Counted from the first letter of the whole stretch, positions 1 through 14,678 are shown. The stretch: 63,950 nt of DNA, filler included, from Octopus bimaculoides (GCF_001194135.2; 6 parts of 6 records of this genome joined end to end with filler, not necessarily neighbours in it); one strand, 5' to 3'. The notes: generated from the letters alone by a model not told the origin. Numbers and translations are program-made.

Positions 1-534
1 ATGTATGTTTTTATGTTTGTATGTATATATGTATGTATGTATATATGTATGTATGAGTGTGCATATGTATATATGTATATGTGTGTGCATGTGTGTGTGT
101 GTGTGAATGTTGCATCTACATATGTATGTGTGAATGTATGAAAATACGCATATAGGCATATGTGTATGTATATACTATATGTAATGTGTGCATGTGTGTG
201 TGTGTGTGTGTGTGTACGCACGCCCACACAATAAACACTCACATACACGCACGTATATACATTTACAAACACTAATATTTGCTAATAAAATTTGTTCGTA
301 TATACATATGTATATATATCAACATGTGTATATATGTCTTCATGTGTGCGAACGTGCATGTACGTACAAATATACAGGGTACGATGGGTAACTTGTCACC
401 ATTTTAGATTTTTAATACCACGCATACACATGGTTTCCTTTTGATTTTGTCGAGCACGCAGTATAGTAGGGTCAATTGGGCACCGCCTAGGAGAAAAACA
501 GCACCGTGACGCAATTCACTCTACCATCTTTTTT

Positions 535-865
535 CAGTAGTTAGACTGCAGCCATGTTGGGACATCATCTTGAGGAAATCTAGTCAAATGAATTGACTCC
601 ACTACACATTTTTTAAAGTCTGGTACTTATTCTATAGGTATGCTTTTGCCGAACCGCTAAATTACAGGAACGCGAACACACCAAGACCGGTTGTTAAGCG
701 CTGATGGTGGACAAACACATGACAAGTTTCTTTCAGTTTCCATCTATCAAAAGTACTCACAAGGCTTCAGTCGCGCCGAGGTTATAATAGAAGACTTTTG
801 CCCAATGATCCACACTGTGGGACTGAAACCGGAACCATGTGGTTGCAAAGCAAGTTTCTTACCAC
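535..865 (-). mobile_element. tRNA-derived SINE family B (tRNA head + CORE-like body + 3' tail module)
   Basis: Minus strand reads TGTGGTAAGAAACTTGC...GGTTCCGGTTTCAGTCCCAC (A/B-box-like) followed by the tail module. The same modules recur at 1608, 16668, 17270, 29750, 48070, 55720 and 61320. Confidence 0.8.
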
Positions 866-884
866 AGATTCTCCATCTCTTTCC

Positions 885-1053
<169 letters not shown>

Positions 1054-1366
1054 ATAACCAACACGTGTTGGTTATATATCATGTCTTTTATTATTACCAG
1101 TCAATTCGTTAACATTTAGCCAGTTAACTAATCGAAAGTCTGATTAATCGTTCAGTCGATGAATCAGTTAAGTTTCGTCATCATACGCATCATACCTCAT
1201 CAATGAAACTCCACTCTACTTTAAGTCTGCTTTAGGTCTGTCTGCCTCTAGACTTTATAACCCTCCCGAGATACAAGAATATCTGTTTCCACACACGAGT
1301 TCAACTCAAGAGTCTTGGAAACTAAATGGAAAAAAGTACATATACACACACAAACGTGCGCGCGCG

Positions 1367-1406
<40 letters not shown>

Positions 1407-1607
1407 CACACAAGCACACACACNNNNNNNNNNNNNNNNNNNNNNNNNNNNNNNNNACACACACACACACGCACACACACACACACGCAATTCCATTTTT
1501 ATATCTTGAGGCGCAAACAGAGCTATAAATAATAGGATGTAAATATTAGGTTGGAAATCCCTTTTGGATATATAAAGTCAAAGGCTGCCAGTGTCTACAT
1601 ACTTATA

Positions 1608-1892
1608 CGCGTAGCTGTGTGGTAAGAAGCTTGCTTCTTAATCACATGGTTCCGGGTTCAGTCCCATTGCGTGGTACTATATATGTGTGTGTGTGTGTGT
1701 GTCTGCTTGTCCCCTGACATCGCTTGACAACCGAATTTTTTTATGATTACGTGCTCGTATCTTAGCGGTTCGGCAAAAATACCAATAGAATAACTACTAA
1801 GCTTACAAAGAATAAGTCCTGGGGTCGATTTGTTCGACTAAAGGCAGTGCTCCAGCATAGCCGCAGCCAAATGGTTGAAGCAAGTAAAAGAA
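1608..1892 (+). mobile_element. SINE family B with internal (GT)n
   Basis: Head GCTGTGTGGTAAGAAGCTTGCTTC..GGTTCCGGGTTCAGTCCC, then (GT)n, then tail ...CTTAGCGGTTCGGC...GAATAAGTCCTGGGGTCGATTTG...GTAAAAGA. Confidence 0.85.
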
Positions 1893-2119
1893 TACACATG
1901 TATATGTGTGCGTGCGAGTGTGTGAGACATTGTCAATAATATTCTTGTTTAAGAACAATTTTGTACTCTACATAAGTACAGCGTACCGCATTAGATTAAT
2001 GTAAAATTGTTTTTTTAGAATTGAACATATAAACACACATTAACACACTATACATAGACACATATATACAGAGAAAGAAAGTGGAATATATATATATGTT
2101 TGTGTGTGTGTGTGTGTGA

Positions 2120-2151
<32 letters not shown>

Positions 2152-2963
2152 NNNNNNNNNNNNNNNNNNNNNNNNNNNNNNNNNNNNNNNNNNNNNNNNN
2201 NNNNNNNNNNNNNNNNNNNNNNNNNNNNNNNNNNNNNNNNNNNNNNNNNNNNNNNNNNNNNNNNNNNNNNNNNNNNNNNNNNNNNNNNNNNNNNNNNNNN
2301 NNNNNNNNNNNNNNNNNNNNNNNNNNNNNNNNNNNNNNNNNNNNNNNNNNNNNNNNNNNNNNNNNNNNNNNNNNNNNNNNNNNNNNNNNNNNNNNNNNNN
2401 NNNNNNNNNNNNNNNNNNNNNNNNNNNNNNNNNNNNNNNNNNNNNNNNNNNNNNNNNNNNNNNNNNNNNNNNNNNNNNNNNNNNNNNNNNNNNNNNNNNN
2501 NNNNNNNNNNNNNNNNNNNNNNNNNNNNNNNNNNNNNNNNNNNNNNNNNNNNNNNNNNNNNNNNNNNNNNNNNNNNNNNNNNNNNNNNNNNNNNNNNNNN
2601 NNNNNNNNNNNNNNNNNNNNNNNNNNNNNNNNNNNNNNNNNNNNNNNNNNNNNNNNNNNNNNNNNNNNNNNNNNNNNNNNNNNNNNNNNNNNNNNNNNNN
2701 NNNNNNNNNNNNNNNNNNNNNNNNNNNNNNNNNNNNNNNNNNNNNNNNNNNNNNNNNNNNNNNNNNNNNNNNNNNNNNNNNNNNNNNNNNNNNNNNNNNN
2801 NNNNNGCCTTTCATCCTTTCAGGGTCGATTAAATAAGTACCAGTTATACACTATGGTCGATGTAATCAACTTAATCCTTTTGTCTGTCCTTGTTTGTCTG
2901 CTCTATATCTAAATACACGGACACACACACACACACACACACACAAATATATACACACACGCG

Positions 2964-3011
<48 letters not shown>

Positions 3012-3390
3012 CATATATTATGCTTACTGTTCAAGGCATATCATTCGCACTAAAATTTCAGAGGTTGCAATAGTTTTTAAAATTTTCATTTATTGAGACA
3101 TAAACTTTCTCAAACCATTTAACATTTAACAATTTCAGGAAGAGCTCAGGAGGAAATGTTTCTATTCTGATGCTTGTGAGCAGAAAGGAAAGACAACTCT
3201 GTACCAGTGCAAATATGTTTGTTGTTTTAAAACTTGCTTTGAGTTTTATTGTTTCTACCTTCAAAAGCTTTATACATTCATGCATTAACTTTTAGTTTTT
3301 CAATCAATCAACGCAATACCTCGACGACTGCCTTCGCGTAGTTAATATGGTAACAAAATCCATCTCTAACCTCCTCTTCTTTTCAACTAT

Positions 3391-3535
3391 TTACGCTCTG
3401 AGTTCAATTTTCGCCGAGGTCGACTTTGCTTTCAGCCTTTCGGGGTCGATAAAATAAGTAGCAGTTGGGGTTGTTGTAATCGGACTTACCTGCCCTCCCG
3501 GAATCGCTGGCCTTGTACCAAAATTTGAAACCAAT
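3391..3535 (+). mobile_element. tRNA-derived SINE family A, 5'-truncated
   Basis: CTGAGTTCAATTTTCGCCGAGGTCGACTTTGC...GGGGTCGATAAAATAAGTA...CCTTGTACCAAAATTTGAAACC, matching more than 10 other copies in the window. Confidence 0.85.
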
Positions 3536-3992
3536 ATATAATGAGTTGGCGAATTAAATTCAATCTTTTATTTATGACTAGAGTGATATTTTGGCATATA
3601 CCAATATGTTGACATATACCAGGAGGAACGAATAGCTCTACGGGTTGATATGGTGGGAAAGAGCTCTACTTTTGTCCTTATGACACGCTCTGAATACTGT
3701 TAATGTTCCTAGACTGCAGGAGAAAAAAAAAACAGAAGCACGAGCATGGAGGGAATAAAATGGGACGACGTTCTAATGGGTAATGACTTGCTGTAGTTGT
3801 TAATGCAGGTCCTGGTTAGATGGAATATGAGATAAAAATGATTGAGAGTATATGAGTAAAGAAGGCACGAGTCCAACGTATAGTGTATGCATGTATGTGT
3901 GTGTGTGTATGTGTGTGTATGTGCGTGTATGTGTGTGTATATGAGTGTGTATGCATGTATGTGTAAATATGTGTGTGTATATATATATATAT

Positions 3993-4023
<31 letters not shown>

Positions 4024-4035
4024 TAGATATAGGCT

Positions 4036-4073
<38 letters not shown>

Positions 4074-5356
4074 GATATACACATGTAGACATGTATGCGT
4101 ATATACATGCACATATGTATGTTTAGCGCTCTACGAGTGCGCATTGAGCAGTTTTGTTGACTTACAAAGAAAATGAGTTGCACCTCATGACAGTGTTTAC
4201 AATACACATGTGCACACACTTACAGACAGGAAATGTTTAACGCAAACATTTATATAAGAGCAATTGAGTGCACGTACATATGTACACTCACACAATTATA
4301 CATAGATTATTTATATATTAGTAAATTGAATATATGTCTATGTGTGTAAATATAAGGTATGTGTTTGCATGTATTATGCTTGTATAGGTTTGCAAGTATC
4401 TATGTGTTTGTATATAACTGAGTCGATGTGTATACGTGTGTATGTGTGCGTGTGTGTGTGAGAGAGAGAGTGTATATATATATATATATATATATATGAT
4501 AGGACAAAAATATTTGTGTAGTAATAAAAATCCCGGAATTAGATTTCTTTTAATGAACTAAAACTATCCGTTGATAATTGGGTATCAAACCTCAATCTTG
4601 CATATCACATATCAGTTCAAAATAATAAATAAATAAAAATGAAAATGAAAAGAGAGATAAATTAATATCACCACACACACACACACTCACACATGCATAT
4701 ACACAAACACCTTCCACACACACAATCATCAATTAGAGGGTGATTTATTGAATGATGTATACAAAGAGTTCTTAATTAATTGAAATTTCCTGGGAGAAAG
4801 AATACGAAAAAATTTTTAAATAATTAAACATAGTCGACGATCTACAAACCTTTCGCTTCTTTTGGCGCCAAGAAACATCATATAATTTCCAACCAATTGC
4901 GATGAAGGTCGACCAACTGAACGAAATCCTGGTTCGGTATTTTGTAACCTGTGTTTGTCTTGCGTCAATTAGGATACATGTAAGACGCGAAGATAAAGTC
5001 CAATTAAACACTTGTACCAGAAAATAAATAAACCACCTGTGCCAGAAAATTTGTACCAGAAAATAAAAATAAATAAATAGAAGCTCTGTGTGTGGGGTGG
5101 TGGGGGTACGTATTGTTATATATATAAATACGCACACACAGATACAAGTATACTTCTTATATACGTGTCAAAATGTGTATATACACACTTAATGTATATA
5201 TGTTCACACATGCATATATGTGTATGTATGTACAAATATAAGTTGTAACGATATAATACCTTACAGTAATAGAGTTATTACAAGAGGCTTTTCTATCTTC
5301 TCAAAGGTGAACTCGATAATAATTCGAGATGTTTAACTACATATACATACATGCAG

Positions 5357-5388
<32 letters not shown>

Positions 5389-5699
5389 ATGTAACGAATG
5401 GCGTTGCGCCACACCACAGATCCACTGGTGAGTCGGATTGATGGTTACACGCTGGATTTTCGTGATTACATATCTACGGCATCCTATCACCACTTAAAGT
5501 CCACAATGTTGTTGCATTTCTCCGTGAATTCAATGTCTTTGTATGTAGCCATTTTCTGGCGTCTTACATGATGATTTTCTTTGATTCTTAAAGAAACCTT
5601 ATAACTAATTTTATGTATATGTGTGCGTGCACGCGCAAGCTTGTGTGTGTATAAGAGAGAAAGAAAGAGAGAGAGAGAGAGAGAGAGATTATCACTTTG

Positions 5700-6200
5700 A
5701 CAGCCATTGCCCATCTGTATGCACTAAGAGTGGATACACGAACACATTTATTCCACTCTAGACCGACTTAAAAAAGTAACCAACTTTGGTGAAAGCATCT
5801 TCACCTGTTGGACACTTATTTAATGATTGACACATCACTCAATCCTCGTGCCGTTTTCATACAAGTATCTTATAAATGGCATTATATGTACCATATTCGC
5901 GATGTCAGTCGATTTCTCTAACCAAAATGCAAATTTTGTACTCCCTTTGATGTTTCAGTAGTTAGCAAAAAAATTGTATTGTTAATTTCAGCATCCCTTT
6001 AACATTATTTCACTGAGATTTTTCTTATTTCTTATGCAAAACCCTTTCTGTGAATAATTTCTTCTATATTGCCTTCCACTGGCCCTACAATACCTTCGAC
6101 AATTTTGTATGGTTTCTTAGTTTTTGTAATTAAGTATGAGATTTCGAATGGTGTTTCTGCAGCTACTACTTTTCACTGAAACTATTTTGGTACATTTAGA
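5700..6200 (-). pseudogene. hAT (Charlie/Buster, ZBED5-like) transposase fossil
   Basis: Minus-strand fragments across frameshifts: AETPFEISYLITKTKKPYKIVEG, EKSTDIANM (DESTD motif), TGEDAFTKV, LEWNKCVRVST. Confidence 0.75.
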
Positions 6201-6984
6201 AATTTCACTGAATAGATAACTAACCATTAACATTTCTCAGAATAGAATTTTAAAACTTAGGTGTCAAGTATTTGTTCCAAATTACGTAGACTGTATGGTG
6301 TTTTTGATGACTTCGCGGAAAAGTAAACGCAAAGAGTCATGCTACTGCAACCAGGAACTTTAGCATTGTTTTCTGGCATGTTCTTTGTAAATTTCAACTG
6401 TTTATCTATGGAGGGGTATTTTCCCTTTTTCCGCTATAAAAACATAACATTTTGAAAATAAGAGTAAAAAGAAAATTTATAACTTAAAAAGTGACCAAAG
6501 TTAGTCAAGACGAGTTTATATTTATAAATGTTTAAACTACATGAAAAACTAAAACATTATAATCTCGTTTTCATATTTATTGAATTGATTATATGTGTTA
6601 ATTATATGTTATATAAAGTTACTAAAAAAATTTGAAAAAAAAATCCGTTCATTATTTCTGATCCTAAGAGTAAATTAAATGCTTGTCAAAATTAAATTAC
6701 TTTAACAAGTACCTACCATTGCAACACAGCTCACTACTAATATTGACTGTATTTCCAGACCAAGAATTCCAAAACATAACTGTAATCACATCGAATTAAC
6801 ATTATTCACAAAATACTTCCTTTTCTCACACTGTGTATATGCCATTGAACGTAAGATCTAAGGTGCTAGGTGGCGCCAAGTCACTATACCAAATAAGCTG
6901 CATATTATATAATGAGAAATTTATTACACTGCACTTACAAGAATGAGTATTACTAGAAAAATATAGAAACATCTTGTTTTGCAG

Positions 6985-7061
6985 ATGCTCTGTTGCATCA
7001 CCGACAAATATTTTTACTATATATAGCGCTATTTGATGCTATCGCCCATTGTAAAATGCAA
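6985..7061 (+). CDS. candidate isolated exon (DALLHHRQIFLLYIALFDAIAHCKMQ), unidentified product
   Basis: Acceptor ttgttttgcag, donor gtaagg, one open frame with a hydrophobic stretch; no homology recognised. Confidence 0.2.
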
Positions 7062-7512
7062 GTAAGGAATAGAAACTGAAGAACAATAGAAAATGTTTAG
7101 CTTTTGTATTTGGTTTATAAAATTCTTGATGCGAACTCGTCTATGCAAATGGATTTTCTTGTATCTCGAGAGGGTCACTATGTCAATAATAAACACGCAC
7201 ACTGCTTCTATATCACTTCTTTATTATTCGTACATTTGTTAAGTATTTACGCAAATAACTAATCGATTATTAATCATCCAATCGACTAGTTAGTTAGTTA
7301 AATAATTAACTAACTGTCCAATAATACAAAAGTGAGATTAAACCAATGACTGTTTATTTGTTGGCATTATGCCTTCCCAACCGAGCTACAACAAAAACAG
7401 AACAATAATAGTTCGTTTAATGTTGTGTTCCTGTTCAGCTTTTATTCCATATTCATATATTAAACTCTATGGGTATATTTAGGGTCTTTATACATGTATG
7501 TATGTATGTATA

Positions 7513-7548
<36 letters not shown>

Positions 7549-7559
7549 TGTATGTATGT

Positions 7560-7659
7560 NNNNNNNNNNNNNNNNNNNNNNNNNNNNNNNNNNNNNNNNN
7601 NNNTTAATTAATTAANNNNNNNNNNNNNNNNNNNNNNNNNNNNNNNNNNNNNNNNNNNN
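7560..7659. other. assembly gap with TTAATTAATTAA linker (N44-12mer-N44)
   Basis: Identical 100-bp construct also around 35201, 47415, 56963 and 60529. Confidence 0.95.
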
Positions 7660-7900
7660 ATATATATAATAACATCGTTATGTATTGCTGTCGACACTTT
7701 ATATTTTAAGTATTAGAGGATTAGTAAATTTTGCTTAATGGAAGTGATAAAAAGAAGCTTTAGTGAACTAATATAATTAATTCAACTTAGGATGAAAGTA
7801 AACAAAGTTTGTTTTATAAGCATTGAGATGTATTGAAAGACACAGACATTTTCTTTTTTATTCTCAAACGTGTGATAATGCTAATAAATTCCGTGATCAG

Positions 7901-8027
7901 GATAAATTATCCATACATTGCAGAAAAATACGTTACCGGCCATCCATTAACGTTAGCGTCTTATGGAGCTAAGTTTTTAAGTTCTAAAATTACAGAAGAA
8001 TTCGTTACAGGACAGTTTAGCTTAATG
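7901..8027 (+). CDS. candidate isolated exon (INYPYIAEKYVTGHPLTLASYGAKFLSSKITEEFVTGQFSLM)
   Basis: Open frame with complex composition bounded by AG and GT; weak acceptor; no family recognised. Confidence 0.2.
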
Positions 8028-11000
8028 GTAAATCACTTGATGTATAATCACAGAGATGTTTAATGTGTAAGTCTCCAAATTTGACCGGTGGTGAGCAACA
8101 GACATGTTAAGTATGATTTTAAGCAATGTAAAAGACATTGTTACGTCGCTATCACTATATTTCTTCCTCACAAAATGTCATCCTTTTCTATGAGATTTTA
8201 TATCGTTAGCGATTCCGATATAAATATCATTCTCTCTAGAAAATTCCTTCACTATTTTGAGAATTCGACTTCGGGTCAGTGGAATGCGTGACATATATTC
8301 CAATAGACAATTTATCATGATGCGTTATGTATAATTGAACGAGATTATAACAATATTGTCGACATAAATTACTGCATTGCTTGACAACCAGTGTTGGAGA
8401 AAGGAGTTGTTGACAGTTTTGCATATCAGGAAAATACAAAATGTAGTATAAAATATTTATAAAGTTAATCAGAGTCACACTGTAAAAGAATAAGGTGGAC
8501 ATTCATCTTAGTACGGGGAATGCTTTAGTAAGTACCCTACAGCTTCCGACACACAGATGTATTCCCAGCCGGAAGCTCAGATCATTAGTGTTAATTTCAC
8601 TAAAGTTTTAATCAACCACATATCATTCTTCACTAATTATGTTCTAATACACGTAAGCTATCACCTTATTATCGAATCATACTCCTCAGTTTACTAAAAA
8701 AAATATCGCTCTGGAATTGTATCTTTAATGGAGCATTCAATTGTTATCGAGCTTTAATTATCTCAGCAATAAGATAGTTTAAGCTGGATTTAATTATCCA
8801 ACTGTAATTATCATATTTCTAAGATACATAGAGCTACATAAATACAATCATCGATTAAAGTCAGGTAATCGTCGATGAATAATGTAGGTTAATCGCACTT
8901 TCAGAAATTACGCAGAAGTGAGCCTACTTAGAAAACTACTTCATTTAATCCACATCTTATTCCAGCAGAGGTATAAACTTTAGATTTTTAAAAACACCTT
9001 TTAACCATATAGATCAATAATATTTGTTAACCTGAACAATAATATAATAATGACCCACCTCCTTTTGTTATTTATTCTAGTAAATTGTTTCTTCATGGCT
9101 AATTTCTCAAAGTGAACAGAGGGCATATGACAATAAAATGTTTTTTTAAGGCACAATTTTACCAGCTCAGGAATTTGTTGGTGTACGCGAAGAAAGGCTT
9201 TCTTGATGTTTTATGAAGTATATTGTTATTTTGAAGTAATCCTGCTCAGCTCTTTCTATAATATTTCGATGTAGCTGAAATTGCTATAGACCAGCAAGCG
9301 CCGCTTATTTTTTAAATGTGTCTGGTACTTGAGAGAAAAGATGTGAGTAAGCTATTAAATTTGAACAAGGCATTGAATTATCCATGTGGGCTCTCTCTTG
9401 GCAGTAATGATGGTATGATGACGTGTATGCTATTCACTAGAGGTGTATGCTATTCACTAGAGGTGTAGTTGGCAAGAGTTGATGTTAAGGGAGCTAAGGT
9501 TCTCCTGGTGTATCAAGTGAATGGTGTTAATGAAGACACATGGTGTGAGAGAATTTGCAACAAAAATCAAGAACAACAATTTCATGTATACAATAGTTAA
9601 TGGTAAGGAAGATTAATAACCACCTTCGCAGGTTTCTTGCAAATGTCTTCAGCAAGATGTCAAGTTATAATCCGATATTCATCATGTACATCGGTAAGCA
9701 AACGACACCAAACCTACTGAGAGGAAGGAATGCAGAGTGGGAGGAATACAGAGGGGGGAGGAATACAGAGAGAGAAGAATACAGAGGAGGAATAGAGGGA
9801 GGGAAGAATACACAGAAGGAGGAATAGAGAGAGGGAGAAATACACATAGAGAGGAAGGAAGACAATGAATATTAAATATTAATACAAAAGAAATAACAAT
9901 GATAGTTATCGCCGCTGAAAACACAGTGAGTGAAACTGATGAAGACGAGGAAGAATTGTCCAATATCACCAATCACTCTTTTCGATATTTCCTTGATAAT
10001 ATAATTACATACATTGACAAATGAACGCATAGTGAAGTTAAACTATATAATGAAGGCTTAGGTGTCTTTCGGAAACACGATAACCAGTGTCATCAAGAAC
10101 TAAACTTCTGTAACTTGACTTACTCCGTGGGTTCGGCTCTGCAGTAAGTCTTAAGTTTACTCATCTTATTGATGATCCAGCTGCTGTTGACTGAATACAA
10201 CAGGCATCATTCTACTCATTCTATTCTATGATGAAAATGCGACGTATGCTAAAGGTGCATAACATATATATCAAATTATAGTAACAATTTATCAACTTGA
10301 CTTCTGCGGCGATGCCTCCAACTACATGCATTAATTGAAACTATTCGTCAGCAACTACAGGTAGATGAAATCAACGATATACATTTTCCAATTTTAATTT
10401 TTACACGCTGTAAACTTCAAAATATATAATTTAATACGGTGTTCTATAAAGAATTTCATAATAAATATAAATTCGTCATCTAAAAATACGTTATGCTGTA
10501 AACACTCTATGTACATGTGCATATATATATATATATATATAGTACAATAAGGATTCTGATAAAATTAGGTAGTTGAAAAGATATGTAGGGTTTGATAAAC
10601 CTGTGGTTCCAGCCTAGGGCTGGTATGTAGCAAACAGGATATTCCAATCGTGTGCACAAAGAAAACCAACCCTATGACTATTTAGCGCCTACGGGCTGTT
10701 CCAAATCATGCGTTACGTTGAATACTACGTTGTTGGAATATTGTAGGGAGTCTGACAAATCGTAAATCCCCTCGATGTATTATGATCAAATGAATAATAA
10801 CATACGATCGATAACTATCAGATCATTACAGCTGTTTTTATGCATCTTTTCAATAGGAGAATGAGAACATTACTCTATTACAAAAAAAAAAAAAAACTGT
10901 AATCACAGATGAAAGGTAATTTCAGAAACAAAACAATATCTGAAACATACAGCAGAGACGTAGCTGAAGTTCGTCAAAGTGTTGTGAACACACTTTGACG

Positions 11001-11257
11001 ATCTATATTCTTAAAATCAACGGACAACTTTGTTGGTCACTCTCCCATTTCATAGCTGTCCTCGATAGACATCAGCCACACACCTGCTGTATTCGTTGGA
11101 TATTCCCATGTTTGTAAAATATCATTTTATCTGATGATTACGGTTTTTCTTTTTTTTTGTAATGAAGCAATATTCTCATTCTCCAAATCAAAACGATGTA
11201 TATGGAATGGGTGTAATGAGCTCACAATTATTCATTGCATGTTATTTTTCATTTGAG

Positions 11258-11313
<56 letters not shown>

Positions 11314-12111
11314 AGTGTGTGTGTGTGTGTGTGTGTTTGTATGTATATACAAGCATCTCTCTCTCTCTCTCTCTCTCTATATANNNNNNNNNNNNNNNNN
11401 NNNNNNNNNNNNNNNNNNNNNNNNNNNNNNNNNNNNNNNNNNNNNNNNNNNNNNNNNNNNNNNNNNNNNNNNNNNNNNNNNNNNNNNNNNNNNNNNNNNN
11501 NNNNNNNNNNNNNNNNNNNNNNNNNNNNNNNNNNNNNNNNNNNNNNNNNNNNNNNNNNNNNNNNNNNNNNNNNNNNNNNNNNNNNNNNNNNNNNNNNNNN
11601 NNNNNNNNNNNNNNNNNNNNNNNNNNNNNNNNNNNNNNNNNNNNNNNNNNNNNNNNNNNNNNNNNNNNNNNNNNNNNNNNNNNNNNNNNNNNNNNNNNNN
11701 NNNNNNNNNNNNNNNNNNNNNNNNNNNNNNNNNNNNNNNNNNNNNNNNNNNNNNNNNNNNNNNNNNNNNNNNNNNNNNNNNNNNNNNNNNNNNNNNNNNN
11801 NNNNNNNNNNNNNNNNNNNNNNNNNNNNNNNNNNNNNNNNNNNNNNNNNNNNNNNNNNNNNNNNNNNNNNNNNNNNNNNNNNNNNNNNNNNNNNNNNNNN
11901 NNNNNNNNNNNNNNNNNNNNNNNNNNNNNNNNNNNNNNNNNNNNNNNNNNNNNNNNNNNNNNNNNNNNNNNNNNNNNNNNNNNNNNNNNNNNNNNNNNNN
12001 NNNNNNNNNNNNNNNNNNNNNNNNNNNNNNNNNNNNNNNNNNNNNNNNNNNNNNNNNNNNNNNNNNNNNNNNNNNNNNNNNNNNNNNNNNNNNNNNNNNN
12101 NNNNNNNNNNN

Positions 12112-12162
<51 letters not shown>

Positions 12163-12180
12163 GTATATATATATACATTC

Positions 12181-14545
12181 AGTTGAAAAGATTCTCCTCT
12201 CGGACTATAACATGTAACTCTGTAACTTTAATTTCAGGCATATCAAAACCAAACCACCCAATCCCATACTACTGCACATATTTGACAACATAAACTTCCA
12301 CAAAGCGTACTCGGGAGCAATTAGAAAAAAGATCTGTCCTTTATCGACTGGTCGTTCACTCTCAGTTCCACTGCTATTGAAACCACATGGCAGTGCTTTC
12401 AGAATAGTCAACTATACATGCTCTAAACACGCTCCTGCGAAATGCACTAGCACAAACAGAAACAGACTCCTCAGAGAAAAGAATTAATTCATTAGGAGCC
12501 TCAGAAGACTTAATTAAAAAAAAAAATCAACCAATTAAAATACTCCCATATAAAACATCCACATTCAGCACTAATGAAAATGCTAGAGTTGGAAAAACTT
12601 CATCTGCAGACCAACATGAAAACCTGCTTTGAAAATCAAAGAACTGAAGGGCAAGAGTGGGTAATTAGAAAAGTCAAACAGAACCCAAAAGTGTTCTATT
12701 TATATACAAATAAGCACAGGCGCGCTGTCTCAGCCGTTGGTCCATTGATCGATGATAACGACACTCTCCAACATGATGCTAAAGAAATGGAAGAAGTACT
12801 GCAGAAACAACACTGTTCTGTCTTTAGTGAGCCCATTGATATTGACGTAAGGGAAGTGAACGAATTCGATTCCCAACATATAATCTCGGGCATAACCTTT
12901 ACTGCTTCAGACATCATAGCAGTAATAAATGAGATATTGTTCTGCTGCAGGCCCTGATAGATTCCCCGCTTGTCTCCTGCAGGAATGTAGGTACCAACTT
13001 GCAGTCTGTCTAACCAATCTCAGGTTACGTAGTGAAAGATCTCTAATCTTAGTCTGTCATCCCGGTTTTCAAACAGGGAATCAGTCAACTATCACTCAAT
13101 CTCACTCACCTCCCATATCATTAAAGTGTTTGATCAAATATAGCTGGCTTCCTGGAGATCCACATTCTCCTGCTTTCAAACCAGCGTGGCCTTTACTGCG
13201 GTAGAGACTGTCTAACACAGCTCTTACACCACATCGATGATGTCCTTAAAGCTTTGGAATGTGGTTCAAAATCTGAAGTCATATATCTTGACTTCAGTAA
13301 AGCATTCGACAGAGCCGACTATAGCATCCTACTGTCAAAATTGTCAAAAGCTGGAAACCGTGGAAAATTATTAAACTGGATTGAGTATTTCCTAAAGAAT
13401 AGAACAAGACATGTTGTGATCGGTGGAATCCACTCAAGCCCAGTGAAGGTCACCAGTGGTGTCCCTCAGAGGACTGTCTTGGGTCCGCTTCACTTTATAG
13501 TCTATATAAACGACCTTTCAAGTGTCATAAAACACAGTAAAGTGGAAATATTCGCTGATGATTCTAAGCTCAATAGTATTAGGAATGAAAGAGAAGACCT
13601 AACTGAACCCCAAGCTGATTTACATGGTGTAAGTTAATGGGTAGACAAAAACAAAATGCAACTAAACGAGGGAAAATTTGAGCTGAGGCATTTTGGAAGG
13701 AAGTCTATGATAAAACGGCCATACACGCTTCCTTTGGGAGAGCTATTCAGAGCATCTCATAATATCAGAGATCTAAGAGAAATTGTTGACAACAATCTTA
13801 CCTGGAATGCCCACATCAACAAAAAGGTCGATATAGCTCGTAAATTGAGCTCCTGGACCCAAAGAGCCTTCCGGTTCAAAGAACACGATGTCATCATTCC
13901 TCTTTTCTTCTCCTTTGTACAACCACACCTCGAATACTGCTGCCCTTCTGTGGTCTCCCCATACAAAACAAGACATTTCGAAAATTGAATCACCCCAGAT
14001 GTCATTCACATTAACGGCATGACTGGTCTCAATTATTGCGACAACCTTAAAATATTGAAACACTATTCTCTCCAGCGCTACCGTGAGCGATATATCATTC
14101 GCACAATGTGTAGAATATACCACAGACATTACCCAAACGACCTCAACATTAGTTTCAAAATTCACCCAGGGTAGGACAACAGGTGATACGGCATCTGCAC
14201 AATTCAGGATCACAATTGCAACGCAATTTCTTTTCCTCAACAGGCCCTGCACTATATCACCGGAGCATAAATTTACACACGCATATAAACCAGCAGTGCC
14301 TGCAAAAACATTATCCTGAAACAGATCAAAGTTGAAAAGGATCCCAACACCTTTGAACGGAATCTGGACAAATTCCTTCACGGAATAGCACATAAGCCAA
14401 CTTTAGCTGGATACAACTCACTGAAAAAGAACTCCCTACTCAAATGGAGCATGATGCCACAAAGCTAGAATTAAAAAGCTAATCCTATCATGTGGTGCTA
14501 TTATGCTACACATGGCCTGGATCAGTCTTTGGTCGAAACATATCT
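12181..14545 (+). mobile_element. CR1/L2-clade LINE, decayed ORF2 (end of APE domain, RT, 3' UTR)
   Basis: ORF fragments VKQNPKVFYLY, YLDFSKAFDRAD, VTSGVPQRTVLGPLHFIVYINDL, IFADDSKL and PHLEYCCPS, with multiple frameshifts and stops. Confidence 0.93.
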
Positions 14546-14616
14546 AAGTTATCTACGTTATATATAAACATATAAATAAACACACATACACACGCTCACA
14601 CACACACACTCACACA

Positions 14617-14678
<62 letters not shown>

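Noticed and set aside
5391-5427. First exon MALRHTTDPL with donor gtgagt
   Set aside because: Its phase is incompatible with the next candidate exon, and it is too short to support.
9423-9467. 20-bp tandem duplication GTGTATGCTATTCACTAGAG x2
   Set aside because: Ordinary slippage duplication with no further structure.
9715-9860. Purine-rich GGAATACAGAG-like minisatellite ORF
   Set aside because: Simple repeat, not coding.
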